Source: Podarcis cretensis (Eukaryota). From it: a DNA stretch of 64,000 bases. The stretch covers positions 66,464,001 to 66,528,000 of the forward strand of contig OX638151.1 of NCBI GenBank assembly GCA_951804945.1, in the 5' to 3' direction. Positions 26,251-37,510 of the stretch are shown here, piece by piece. The number at the start of each line of letters is the position of its first letter. Position 1 is the stretch's first letter. The notes under the pieces are model-generated. The model worked only from the letters and a program-made list of their open reading frames with translations, had not been told where the DNA came from and did no database searches. A program made the translations under genes and the position numbers.

Positions 26251-27116
26251 CTGAGAAGTGAGGAAGAAATGCTGTGTCAAGTTCAGAGGCTTGGAAATAA
26301 CACCAGTAATAATGTTGTTGCCACAGTAACAGAAAATACATGGGGCACAGGTACACTGAACTCCTAAGCCCTTTCCTTCAACAAATGGTTAATTTGCCAG
26401 CAATGGAAGACTGGCTTTCAGCCTGGGCTTGAGGGCCTCAGTGGGCTCTACTATCCGAGCAAGGTAGAAGATAAAGGATGAGGACATAAAATGTTGGTAT
26501 CCATCTGTCTTGAGAGAGAATCTGTTGGTATCAGTCTGTCTTGAATGCCTCTGGGGGCTGAATAAGCCTGTCACCATAGGAACATTTCTGTTCATATAAG
26601 AGTTCAATGCGATTTTGGGAGTGCAGAAGCTGAAGGGGAGGGCAGGGGGAAGCCTTGTTCCATGAATGGGAATTCTGCTGCACTCAAGGGAGGAAAGTTA
26701 GAATCCAAGTCATGTTCTTTAATAAAATAAGATTATTTAAACAGATATATCAATGTTTTAGAATTGTTGTGGGGTTTATAGTTATAACTGCACAAGTTCT
26801 TTTAAATGACACTCTTGTTATTCTTTCATTCATTAAAAGAACTTTTGTAAATTAAATCATAGCCACAATCCTGATATTACTGCTGTTGAACAAAGTACAT
26901 TTCAACAAACCTTGCACAGGTAGCAATCCCTGTGGGCCATCATAAAAATCTATATTTCTTTCATTTTGCTTCTTCACTTCTCAGCCTTTATGCTCCGATA
27001 TATTCATACCTCCCTAGGCAACTGTCTTCTTAGGAGGGCCCAACCATGATTTCTGAAGAACAATTGTAACAATCCCCTGGTGCTCCATTTTGGAATAAAA
27101 CCTCACATAACGTTAC

Positions 27117-27270
27117 CTGTTTTGGCAAACCCTGTTCCTGAAAAGTACGTTCCTTTCTGTGGACTGGCAAAGCACTTTCCAACATTGTAGCTGGAGGTAG
27201 GATTATCCAGGTCAACAGGAGACTCTGTCATTTGGAAATTTCGCATGCATCCATCAATGCTATAGACAAC
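27117..27270 (-). CDS. LAMA2: LAMA2 exon ~62 (LG4-LG5 junction)
   Basis: 154 nt; acceptor tactcag, donor gtaacg; VVYSIDGCMRNFQMTESPVDLDNPTSSYNVGKCFASPQKGTYFSGTGFAKT. Confidence 0.96.
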
Positions 27271-28678
27271 CTGAGTAAGGGTGAGAAAGGTGTTAGTATA
27301 TGCACAGCTATCTAAAATCCTTTCATCCCACAACTGAAAAAGTCAGAGATATGGCATTGGCGAGTAGCTAGCATTTTTAATTCATTGTTCTTGGCTTTCT
27401 GAAATGAACAAGACTGATTACATGACTCCTATACAAAAAAACCAGGCATTAATGGGGCAATATCCTTTAATTTTCTGCAGAATCACGTTGCTTAGGATAT
27501 TCTAAGGTTTAGATTACACAGAATGTGGGTCACAGTTTTCTAAGCTTAAGCAAAGGTGACAGAAAATGTGTGGTATAATAGCTTGCCAAATTACATTAGG
27601 AATATAGGAATATAAAATGTATTATTTTTCCTGGGTAGAACATATTTTCCACATCACAAAAGTGTGCTTTGAGATTACTATTGCTAGCATTTGTACATCT
27701 CTTGGACAAGAATGCAGCCATGTAACCTCTACTGTTCAATGATAAATCTGTTCTGTCAACTGATTTATTCTTTTTCCTATGCAAATAGATTCTTTTGTCT
27801 TCAACAATCAGGTAAACAGACACCTCTCCAAGACAGGCAAAGATTACACTTCTAATTTTTATTTTGTGTTTTAGATTTTTAGGAGATTTTTTTGTATTAT
27901 ATATAAATACAGTATACAGTTGCTGATTTTTTTTTTAAATAAAAAAGATGCATGTGGAATATTGGTGTGAAGGCTAGGTTGTAACATAAGGAGTTCACTC
28001 ACTGGGCCAGCATACAACCCACTGTGAAATGTGTCTTGATAGTGTGAGGAGAGGTTAGCACAGCCACATTACTACCAAGTTCTCTATGACACAAAGGCCT
28101 TGAACTGGCAGTGTAGAGATTCTTTTCTCAGAAACTCTTGTTCATGTTTCCTGGGTAGATGCCAGCAGCGATTGGTGGGGCTGGAACACTCACCTGACCT
28201 TCTGCTGCTGCTGCTTCCTTGGAGATAGAAGGTGGGATGGGGCAATGGCAGAATCAATCTGGTGTTCCCACCTGTGCCACTGCCCCACCATGACATTAGC
28301 TACAGGACTCAGCTCAGGCATTACTGGACCACCTTGGGACCTGCTTCCTCATGGATGGATGCATACCACTCTGGTAACACCTTGGACCAGAGAAACAGCT
28401 TGGACCACCTGAATGATGCTCCCCATGCCAGCATTGCTAGCCTCTGCAGATGGGCATTGCTGGGAAAGGAATAAGTTACTCAGCCTCAAAGGGGAGGTTA
28501 AGGATGCAGTTTTTGAACCGAGTACCTCAAGTCTTTTAAAGGACACCAGAAGCAAAATGCTCATCCTTGCCTTTTGTTCAGCGTGGCTACACCATGTGCC
28601 TGACAGTGGTGTCACGGAACACATAACTAACAATCCATTAGGGTTTTTTAAAAAACACAAAAAGTCGTCTTTACTTAC

Positions 28679-28834
28679 GGGACCAATTCTTTTAGTTGTG
28701 TAATTAATTGGCAATCCTCCAACATACAGCATCCCCACTACATCCAAAATGTCAGCTTTCTTTGGGCTTCTGGTCCTGTTTGTAGCACCATCAACTAAAA
28801 GGACACCTTCTTGCTTGGTTCGGAATATTTTTAT
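28679..28834 (-). CDS. LAMA2: LAMA2 exon ~61 (LG4)
   Basis: 156 nt; acceptor tttccag, donor gtaagt; IKIFRTKQEGVLLVDGATNRTRSPKKADILDVVGMLYVGGLPINYTTKRIGP. Confidence 0.96.
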
Positions 28835-29018
28835 CTGGAAAAAAGATAGAAGTTTAGTACATCGCTGCTGCCGCCACCGACACCACCACTATATCTAGGT
28901 TGCAATCCTATTCATACTGCTTGAGAGCAATCCCATTGAACACAGTGGAATTTACTTTTGAGTTAACATGCATATGATTTGGTTTGTGATGCAACATCCC
29001 TCATTTTTAACGAATGCT

Positions 29019-29376
29019 GGGACGCAGGTGGCGCTGTGGGTTAAAGCCTCAGCGCCTAGGGCTTGTCGATCGAAAGGTCGGAGGTTCGAATCCCTGCGGC
29101 GGGGTGCGCTCCCGCTGCTCGGTCCCAGCGCCTGCCAACCTAGCAGTTCGAAAGCACCTCCGGGTGCAAGTAGATAAATAGGGACCGCTTACCAGCGGGA
29201 AGGTAAACGGCGTTTCCGTGTGCGGCTCTGGCTCGCCAGAGCAGCGATGTCACGCTGGCCACGTGACCCGGAAGTGTCTCCGGACAGCGCTGGCCCCTGG
29301 CCTCTTAAGTGAGATGGGCGCACAACCCCAGAGTCTGTCAAGACTGGCCCGTACGGGCAGGGGTACCTTTACCTTT
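29019..29376 (+). mobile_element. Sauria/Squam1-type SINE, young copy
   Basis: Nearly identical to 10929-11306; intact B-box and (ACCTTT)2 tail. Confidence 0.92.
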
Positions 29377-30477
29377 TTAAGTTACCTTCCTTTCACTTAA
29401 TAGGATCGCGTGCTGTCAGTAGCAGATGGCGTGGTGGCGATGTGCCACTTGACTGCTGGTTGGTCTTTTTGCCGCAGCTTACAGGAAGAGGCAGCAGGGA
29501 GGTTGACGTGGTGTGTTTGATCAAGGAATCTTGCCATTGCCACCTTGCCAGTCTCACTCTACACAACTTATGGGAGGTCGGATGAGTGGCAAGCCTCACC
29601 ACAGTGTCCTCTACTGTGTGCAGTGCAATCCTATGCATGTTTACTCAGAAATAAGTTCCACAATATTCCCTGGGATTTGCTTTGAGGTGACTATAGTTCT
29701 GCACCCTTAGACTGAAATCCTACACAGAAGTAAGGTCTATTGGTGTCTGCTTTTGACAAACACGCTCAGGATTGCACTGTTATATTCTGAGGACTGAGGT
29801 GCTTAGGAAAATGGCATGTATTAGTATAAAAACCACAGAGTTTTTATGACAACATTCTCCTGACTTGTGGTATTCCGAGGCACCCTCCCTCTAGCAGTGG
29901 CTAATAGCTATTGATAGTCTTATGTTCCATGAAATATTAGTAATGGTGTGGAATAGTACTGTTTGCTCTTTTAGAAAACACATTAATCCAAGTGAGCAAG
30001 CAAGCAGGCAGGGGCGAAACTGGCTGAGCATTCTGCTTTCAACAGAAGCCAATCAGAAGCTAATAACTAGGACTTCTGGTGAATAGCAACATTTGCAATA
30101 CACATGACATTTGTGTTTGAATAAACCCTATGAGAATATTCATGTGTCTCTTGTTTTGCTGCCTTCCTTGATTTGGATCAAGACTTTGCTCAAACTGGTG
30201 ACAGCTTCCTGCCAATCCCACCTTCCCCTATAGTTCCAGGCAATGTCCAGGAATCTGCTCTAGAGAGAGGGTTGGACTGGGGGGGGGATACTATCCACTT
30301 CTGCCAATGGGATCCATCCCTTCAATGGGTCAAAAATGTCAGAAGAAGTCATTCCATTTATGGACAGCTAAGATTCGATCCAATCTATTCCTTCTACAAT
30401 GCTCCCTCATTTGGGATTCCCTTCCCCGTTCCACATATAACCTAATTCTATAGGTGCTGACCATCATTGCTCCATAC

Positions 30478-30667
30478 CTTGTGCCACTGGCCATCATTGA
30501 TTTTCTCAGGAATCATTGTGCTGGTGTTCCCATGGCCCAGGTCATAACTGAAGTATGGAAAGCCATTCTTTATTTGAACGGTGGCAAAATCAGCATGATT
30601 GATCCGAGCCATATAGAAGAGCAACCCATTTTCAGCCTCAGTTCGGATTTCAAATTCAATGGTAAGT
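30478..30667 (-). CDS. LAMA2: LAMA2 exon ~60 (LG4)
   Basis: 190 nt; acceptor tgtatag, donor gtatgg; (K)LTIEFEIRTEAENGLLFYMARINHADFATVQIKNGFPYFSYDLGHGNTSTMIPEKINDGQWHK. Confidence 0.95.
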
Positions 30668-31114
30668 CTATACATTTGGAAAAAAGACCACAAAGTCGGG
30701 AAGCATTAATCTGCTTTATCTTTCACTCTTCGTCATAAAACTAACATCGCTAAAGGCAACATTATTTATAAGACAAATAAAACTAAGATACCCATTTCCT
30801 ATTTCTGAACTTGCCAAGGTGTATGGATACAGTATTCATGCACTTACTGCATAGACTTGATTTAGAGCTAGAACAATATCATCTTTATGTGGTGCAGAAA
30901 AATAAGGGATAAAAACTTGTCGCTATGCCCACAAAAGGCCAATAGATCATTTTAAGAGCAAACAGGTTTTCAGTTTACTGAACTGGATAGGTGTGAGTTC
31001 TGAGTAGAATGGGGTTAGCCATTCCATCATCCAAAAGCAAGTCTGGGTCCAGACCCTTAAATGAAAAACATAAAATAGATGAATTCAAACAATAATTAGC
31101 ATCCAAAGAACATT

Positions 31115-31940
31115 TGTCAGGGGCTCAGGAGCAGAGGCACAGGGAAGAGAGGAGATGGAGAGCGAAGGGGAAGAATCCGAGGGGAGCGTAGGAGAAGAGG
31201 ACAGTGGACCGAGGGATTCCATGAGCCTCTCCAGCGAATCGGAAGATTCACAGAAGGGGGCGCCAGTGGCCAGGGGTAGGGGGTTCCCAAGGGGAACGCC
31301 CCAGGAGCAAGGGGGCAGCAGGGACTCCCAGAGCAGTAGTTGGAAATCAGGACCAGCTTCACCACCAGAGCAGAGTGGGGGGGAAGAGTCCCAAGTATCG
31401 GGGCCAGTGCATTCCCCACCAGGGAGAGAAGACGAGGCAGGGCTGACCACGCCTCCATCAGAAAGTCAGACAACGGAGGGGAGGTCAGATCCGGCCAGTA
31501 TCCCGGAAGAGGGAAGCAGTGACTGAAGTAGTGTAACGGTTAGGAGAAAGGTCACTGGGTTGGTGCGAGAGGCAAGTTCAAATGTACAGGAGCGCGGGAC
31601 AGCAGAGAATGAGGTTTGGGAACCGGGTCCTAAAGCCCGCAGGAGGCAGGGGGAGGAGCTAAGCGACTCAGCGTCGGAAGAGTCCAGAAAGGGCAATGCC
31701 CCAGCGGGCAGGAGGACCCAGAGGAGGAGAGAGCAGCGGAAAAGGTGGAGCAGGGCTAGGATCTTAAACTGGTGTCAGAGGGGAGGAGACTCAGATGGGA
31801 CTTCGCCGATCTAGGGTTTAAGACGTAGAGCTGCGTGCTGCGGCTTTGAAATGGAAATTGAACTTCAATATAGACTTTTGTACATTACGACAGCCTAGCG
31901 TTGGTCCTCTGTGAGCTGGGACCTAGAGGCAGCTCTGACA
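31115..31940 (+). mobile_element. Solo LTR (826 bp) with an internal reading frame
   Basis: Termini TGTCAG...CTGACA; perfect 5-bp TSD ACATT (31110-31114 and 31941-31945); TATA-like TTTAAG at 31817-31822; polyA-like AATATA at 31867-31872; GC/purine-rich compared with the AT-rich intron. Confidence 0.85.
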
Positions 31941-32609
31941 ACATTAAAAAAAAAAACCATGGAAGACTCTGAGGCTGCCTTCTATATCCATAATTGAAAC
32001 TGAAACTGATGTTCTAAATATCAGTTTATATGTAAAAGTGTAAATTCATACTTCAAAATATTTACTGTAAAAAAGATTCTTAATAGTGTAATCCTATGTA
32101 TATCTCCCCAGAAACAATTCCTGTTGATGTTAATGATTCTTAGTCCCATAGGATTTAGTGTCTATAGGATTGCAGCTTTAAGTGCCCATAGATTGCAGTT
32201 TAAATAATTCTAGGAAATTAGTGACTTCCAGCAACACAGAAATGTTCTTGTCTGTGACTTGCTAAATATAGACCAATTAATTCTGTCTCCTTGGCACTTT
32301 TGCTTTATTATTATTTTTGCTCTGTTGGGCTTTTTCAGGAATGAGACACATATTAAAGAGCTACACTGATTTAGGAAAGGAGCTTCAAGTCTGGAATTCT
32401 TGCTAAGTGTAGCATCTAACGTTGTTGAGCTGAGTTTTAGAAGAACAAGAACATTTCAAACGGTCATTTTGTGCAGCATGAAATGAAGAGAAACTTGTAC
32501 AGCTCCTTCAATTGTGGCTGTCCTGCCTAAAAGCATGCCCAAGCATTACTCATCCCACACTACCACAATGAGTTTCACCACCATATCATCTCAAAAGTAT
32601 GGAACATAC

Positions 32610-32722
32610 TTATTCTTAACTTTTGTGTCATCAAATGCAACTGCAATATGACTGTTCCTTGAGAGGCCAAATTGCTTGCCGCCTTCCAAGGTAATTGGCT
32701 CCACATCAGCAGCGCAGTGTTC
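32610..32722 (-). CDS. LAMA2: LAMA2 exon ~59 (linker end, LG4 start)
   Basis: 113 nt; acceptor tttgcag, donor gtatgt; EHCAADVEPITLEGGKQFGLSRNSHIAVAFDDTKVKN. Not in the ORF track. Confidence 0.95.
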
Positions 32723-33137
32723 CTGCAAAACAAAACACCGCCATCATCTCTTATTCATCGTGCTCTATTAGTTTAGCATGGAGCCCTTCCCACACACTCT
32801 TAAGGAAAGCAGGTCACATTTTGTATGACGGGTGGATCATGCCAGTATCTCAGTTTTGTAAACAGCAGAATTCACTTTGAACAACACAGGAGATGCATCC
32901 TAAAACAATGTTTCTCTTTCTTCCTGTGCTTGCCTTTTTGCTTTAAAGCTGAAGTAAGTAGTGCTGCATCTATGCACCAGACCCAATTCTACATCTGCTT
33001 TTGGGGGCATACCAGCTAAAACATCATCATAGGTTAGGTGAGTGAAGCAAACTCAACTTTTTATGTCATAAGCACATAAGACAAGCCCTGCTGGATCAGC
33101 CCAATAGCCCATCTAGTCCATCATCCTGTTTTCACTA

Positions 33138-33521
33138 GGGGCGTGGGTGGCACTGTGGTCTAAACCACTGAGCCTCTTGGGCTTGCCGATCGGAAGGTCG
33201 GCGGTTTGAATCCCCACAACGGAGTGAGCTCCTGTTGATCTGTCCCAGGCTCCTGCCAACCTGGCAGTTCGAAAGCATGCCTGTGCAAGTGGATAAATAG
33301 GTACCACTGTGGCGGGAAGGTAAGTGGTGTTTCTGTGCGCTTTGGTTTCTGTCATGGTGTTTCATTGTGCCAGAAGCGGTTTAGTCATGCTGGCCACATA
33401 ACCTGGAAAGCTGTGGACAAACGCTGACTTCTTTGGCCTGAAAGTGAGATGAGCGCCGCAACCCCATAGTCGCCTTTGACTGAACTTAACCGTCCAGGGA
33501 CCCTTTACCTTTTTACCTTTA
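33138..33521 (+). mobile_element. Sauria/Squam1-type SINE, older subfamily, nested in an older repeat
   Basis: Perfect 13-bp TSD cctgttttcacta (33125-33137 and 33522-33534); (ACCTTT)-type tail. Confidence 0.9.
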
Positions 33522-35886
33522 CCTGTTTTCACTATGGCCAGCCAGATTCCCATGGAAAACCTGAGGTGAGGAGCAGGACCTGAGTTCCCCTGCGGGTTCT
33601 GGCAACTTATGCAGAAGCATCCTGAAGACTGTGGAATTCCCTCTTAAATTTTATGTGAAAACTCTTTACATTTGACACTCTAGCTACAGACGTAAGTAAA
33701 TCAGTGTCATGTACTAAAGAACCACATGAACATGAATGCCATATTATATGTTTTCTGCTTCTAGTGGATATGCTATGAAGAGGATAAATGAATAGGCTGA
33801 CACAAGCAATTCACAAGAGAAAAATGTTTCAGGGCAAAAATAGGTCCAAATATACATATTACAAAACATTTTGTTTAATAGCCCCGGGTAACCATTTTCG
33901 TCTGCTTTTATTCTAATTCAGTGGAGATTAGACTGCAATGTTTGGAGTTCTGTTCATAAAACATTTTCAAAACATCATCAATTATACATTAGGAAACAAG
34001 ACATTTACACTTTAAAGAGGAATCTCCTTTCTTTTATGCTTCAGCAACATGCAACCAATCACAATGATCTGGGTATCGGCTTTCAAATGGGTTTTTTTGG
34101 GGGGAATAAACATTCTCTTCAAAAGAGAAAGGGTACAAAGAGAAAGAGCACAAAGATGTTAAAGGCACTTCCAGACACAGTGCTTTCAGAGAAATTGATG
34201 TTCTGAATGAAAGTGTTGGTCACTGAAAATCTGCACGTTCAGAGTGCCAGTTATGGTTTCTGCAGCTGCTCCAGATGAACCAGCAATATCTATGCAGGCT
34301 GCTATTATGTCCTGAACAACCAGGTTCACCTAGACCCCCACAAAGGGAAGATTTTTTTCTTTTGAGGTACTTTTTGCTGCATGTCCTGCTATGAACCAGA
34401 AAGTCAAGTCAGGAGGACGTCTGGAAGAGCCCTGTTGCAAATGTGTGAGGCTAGTCCTTCAGCAACTGACCACTGGCAAAGGGAAATCTCACGCTCCTGC
34501 ACATTCAGGTCCACATCTATTTTAACAGAGTTGCGTATATTTTTTTCCTCTCAGTTGCTACTTGAAACTAGGTGTATAGATAACAGCATATACGGGCCCT
34601 CCACCATTTGATTGGCATGGACCAGGAAAGAATATAAAGATGCTTAGTGAAACCCAAATTATATTAAATACTACAATGGACCAAAAATGTCCAGAGGGAG
34701 AAAATGAAAGCATTCATGTTTATTAGAAATGTTACTGGAATGGGAACGTATAGCTTTTTGAAAAGACTGAAACTTTACAACCATGTACGCCGAAGAACAG
34801 CTTCAAGAATGAACCTTTTAATTAATTCTTTTAGCTGAAATCTTATTGATGTGACATTTCCTGTGAGACAGGAAATTGATACCTTCAGTAGAGCAGTTTG
34901 AGCAAATGGGAAGACTGCTGTCTGACTGTCTCACACATTCGTCTGCAAAGCTGCACTACGGCGGGTGGGTGGGTGGGAAGAGAAAAAGCCATTTAGTAGC
35001 AAAGCAAGAAGATAAAATCACTGTGAAACAGCACTGCAGCATCTAGCTGTGTTAAATAAAACCAGGGTGGGGGAAATTGGGAAAAACACTGGGAGATACC
35101 GTCACAGTGCCAAAGTCAGCTGAAATGTTGGCGCTCTTCACTTCAGCAGCAAGCAAGTCCTAAGAAGCAGTAAATAACATGAGGCAGAAGCAGCAATCAC
35201 TGAAGTTGTCTCGCTACACACACACTATAGTGTTTGCAGCAGAAAGAGAGCTACTGTAAGACTTTAATATCCAGAACGCCCAACCTCAAGTTATTAGTTT
35301 ATTATTTTTAAAATCTTCTTCCTCAGAAATGAAGACGATCCATATTCAAAATGCAAATTAAGCTTTGTTTATGCCTGCATTAAACCTGCAACATAAAATA
35401 CAGGACAAAGCAACAGCAAATAAACTCCAGCAGCTGAAATCCTTTCCAGGAGCAAACAAAATTGGCCAGTCCTCACTGGGGCCCAGAGTGGTGTGTTTTC
35501 TGTGGCATGTGCAGCCCTGCCTCCTGCTGCTGCCTGGAGCAGAAGGTTGGAGGATGGGAGATAATAATTTTCCACCATTTTGTGCTCCACATAGGGCCCT
35601 TCACCTCTCCTGTCAGAAGCACACCATGATCACTCCAGCATCATGGAATTAATTAGCTAGCTAGCTAGCTTTATCACCCACCCTTCACCATAAATACATT
35701 TAAAAACTGATAAAAGTCACATTTTTAAAAACAAACAAACATAAAAACATTCCAAAATGGAACAATGGAATATCAGGCCAGCAAAAGAGGTGGGTTGCAA
35801 TCCCCCACTCCCAAAAGCAGCTTAATTGTCAAAGGCCAAGGTAAAGAGCATATGGGGAAAACTATACAATAAAGATGCTAAACATG

Positions 35887-36068
35887 CCGTATTTACTCGC
35901 ATCTAATGCTCACCTTTTTTTTGGCCAAATTATGTTGTGAAAATTAAGGTGCACATTAGATTTGAGGGGACATTTACATTCAACAGTAAATACTTTTTTT
36001 GGTTTCAAGGTTCTGGAACCTGAGGTGCGCATTAGATTCGATGGTGCATTAGACTCGAGTAAATATGG
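35887..36068. mobile_element. Tc1/mariner-type MITE (CCGTATTTACTCG termini)
   Basis: TIRs ccgtatttactcgcatctaatgc and gcattagactcgagtaaatatgg, followed by TA; internal repeats of aggtgc(a/g)cattagatt. Confidence 0.7.
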
Positions 36069-36959
36069 TACCTCTGTGGAGAGAGAGAGTATCATAATTT
36101 AGGAGCAACCACAGAGAAAGCCCTCTCTCAGGATGCTGTTCCCAGTGGAACTGATCAGGGGTTACAGTTGCTCTGAAAGCCATCTATGTAGAATGAAGTG
36201 AAAAAGGCTAAGCTCATAACCAGTACATTGTGAAATATATCAGAAGTATCTAAGACATTCACTGCTCAGATGACTCAACACTAAAGATATAATCATCAGG
36301 CAGATGAATATAAAATGAAATTACATTGGTCTAATAAAGCATTAAGAAGTGTGAACATTCCCTCATGTTTAAAGTCACCTAATAACCATTTCAATAGTAA
36401 CACATTTTAAAATGGTATCTGTGCTTGTTGCAGCAAACACCAAGTGTCTCTTGTGCCACTTTCAAAACAAATACACATTTTGTTATTTCCATAGTAAAGG
36501 CCTTTTGGAATCTATGCACTACTTAAGAATATTAGGCATTCTGAATAAAGTAGGATCCATTATTTTTTACCTGAAAATGATACTTCAAGGGACAATTGAT
36601 ATCACCTCAACATAAAAGAAATCTTACTGAAGTATTCATCTTCCTTGCTTGGACATTGCGGCAGAAATTGTCAGAAATCTTAGCTATGTCAGCTTTTCAG
36701 CATATATAAAACCATTACCTTCTTAATGGCATCATTCCACTAAAATAGTAAACTGTTTAGAAGACAGACGAAAATACTATCATTTGGTTCATCAAGTAGA
36801 GTATTATCTACTCCAAAGGACAGCAGGAAATTTATTAGGAAATAAATCTGGGTCTGTATACAAAGCATGCACTCATATTCCAGTCTGACTGGTATATGAA
36901 CACAGAACTTCTCATATTGTAAAAAACAATTATGTCAGTGGACTAACAAAATCTATTAT

Positions 36960-37510
36960 TATTATTTATTAGTATACCACCCTTCATCTGAAGATGACAG
37001 GGCAGTTCACAACATAAAAATACAAAATGAAAGCACAATATATATATTAAAACAAAAACAAACCAAAAACCACCCTACCACATTTAAAAGGCCATAGAAT
37101 GTTATTCAGCTTGAAGCCTGGTTTTCACCTGGTGCCTAAAGATATGTAATGAGGGCACCAGGTGAGTCTCCTTGGGGAGAGCATACCACAAATGGGGATC
37201 CACCACCGAAAAAGCTCATTCTTGTGTTGCCACCCTCTGGACTCTTGTGGAGTAGGCACACAAAGAAGGGCCTCAGATGATGATTGCTGGGCCTGGATCG
37301 GCAGTCCTTGAGGCATTGTGTTCTTGAGCTGTTTAAAGGCTTTATAGCACTTTGAATTGGACCTGGAAACTAACTGGCAGCCCGTGTAGTTGGGCCAGGA
37401 TTGGAGTTATATGCTCAGACTGTCTTGCTTTAGTGAGCTGCCTATCTACCAAATTCTGCACCAGCTGAAGTTTCTGAACTGTCTTTGGAGGTGGCCCTAC
37501 ATATAATGTG
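36960..37510 (-). mobile_element. L2-like LINE 3' fragment, decayed
   Basis: Similar in layout to the fragment at 23600-24440, with an (AAT)-rich tail on the - strand. Confidence 0.5.

Noticed and set aside
31085-31696. Minus-strand ORFs over the solo LTR
   Set aside because: These are Ser/Pro/Leu-rich shadow frames of a strand-skewed sequence; they lack the alignment with LTR boundaries seen for the + frame.
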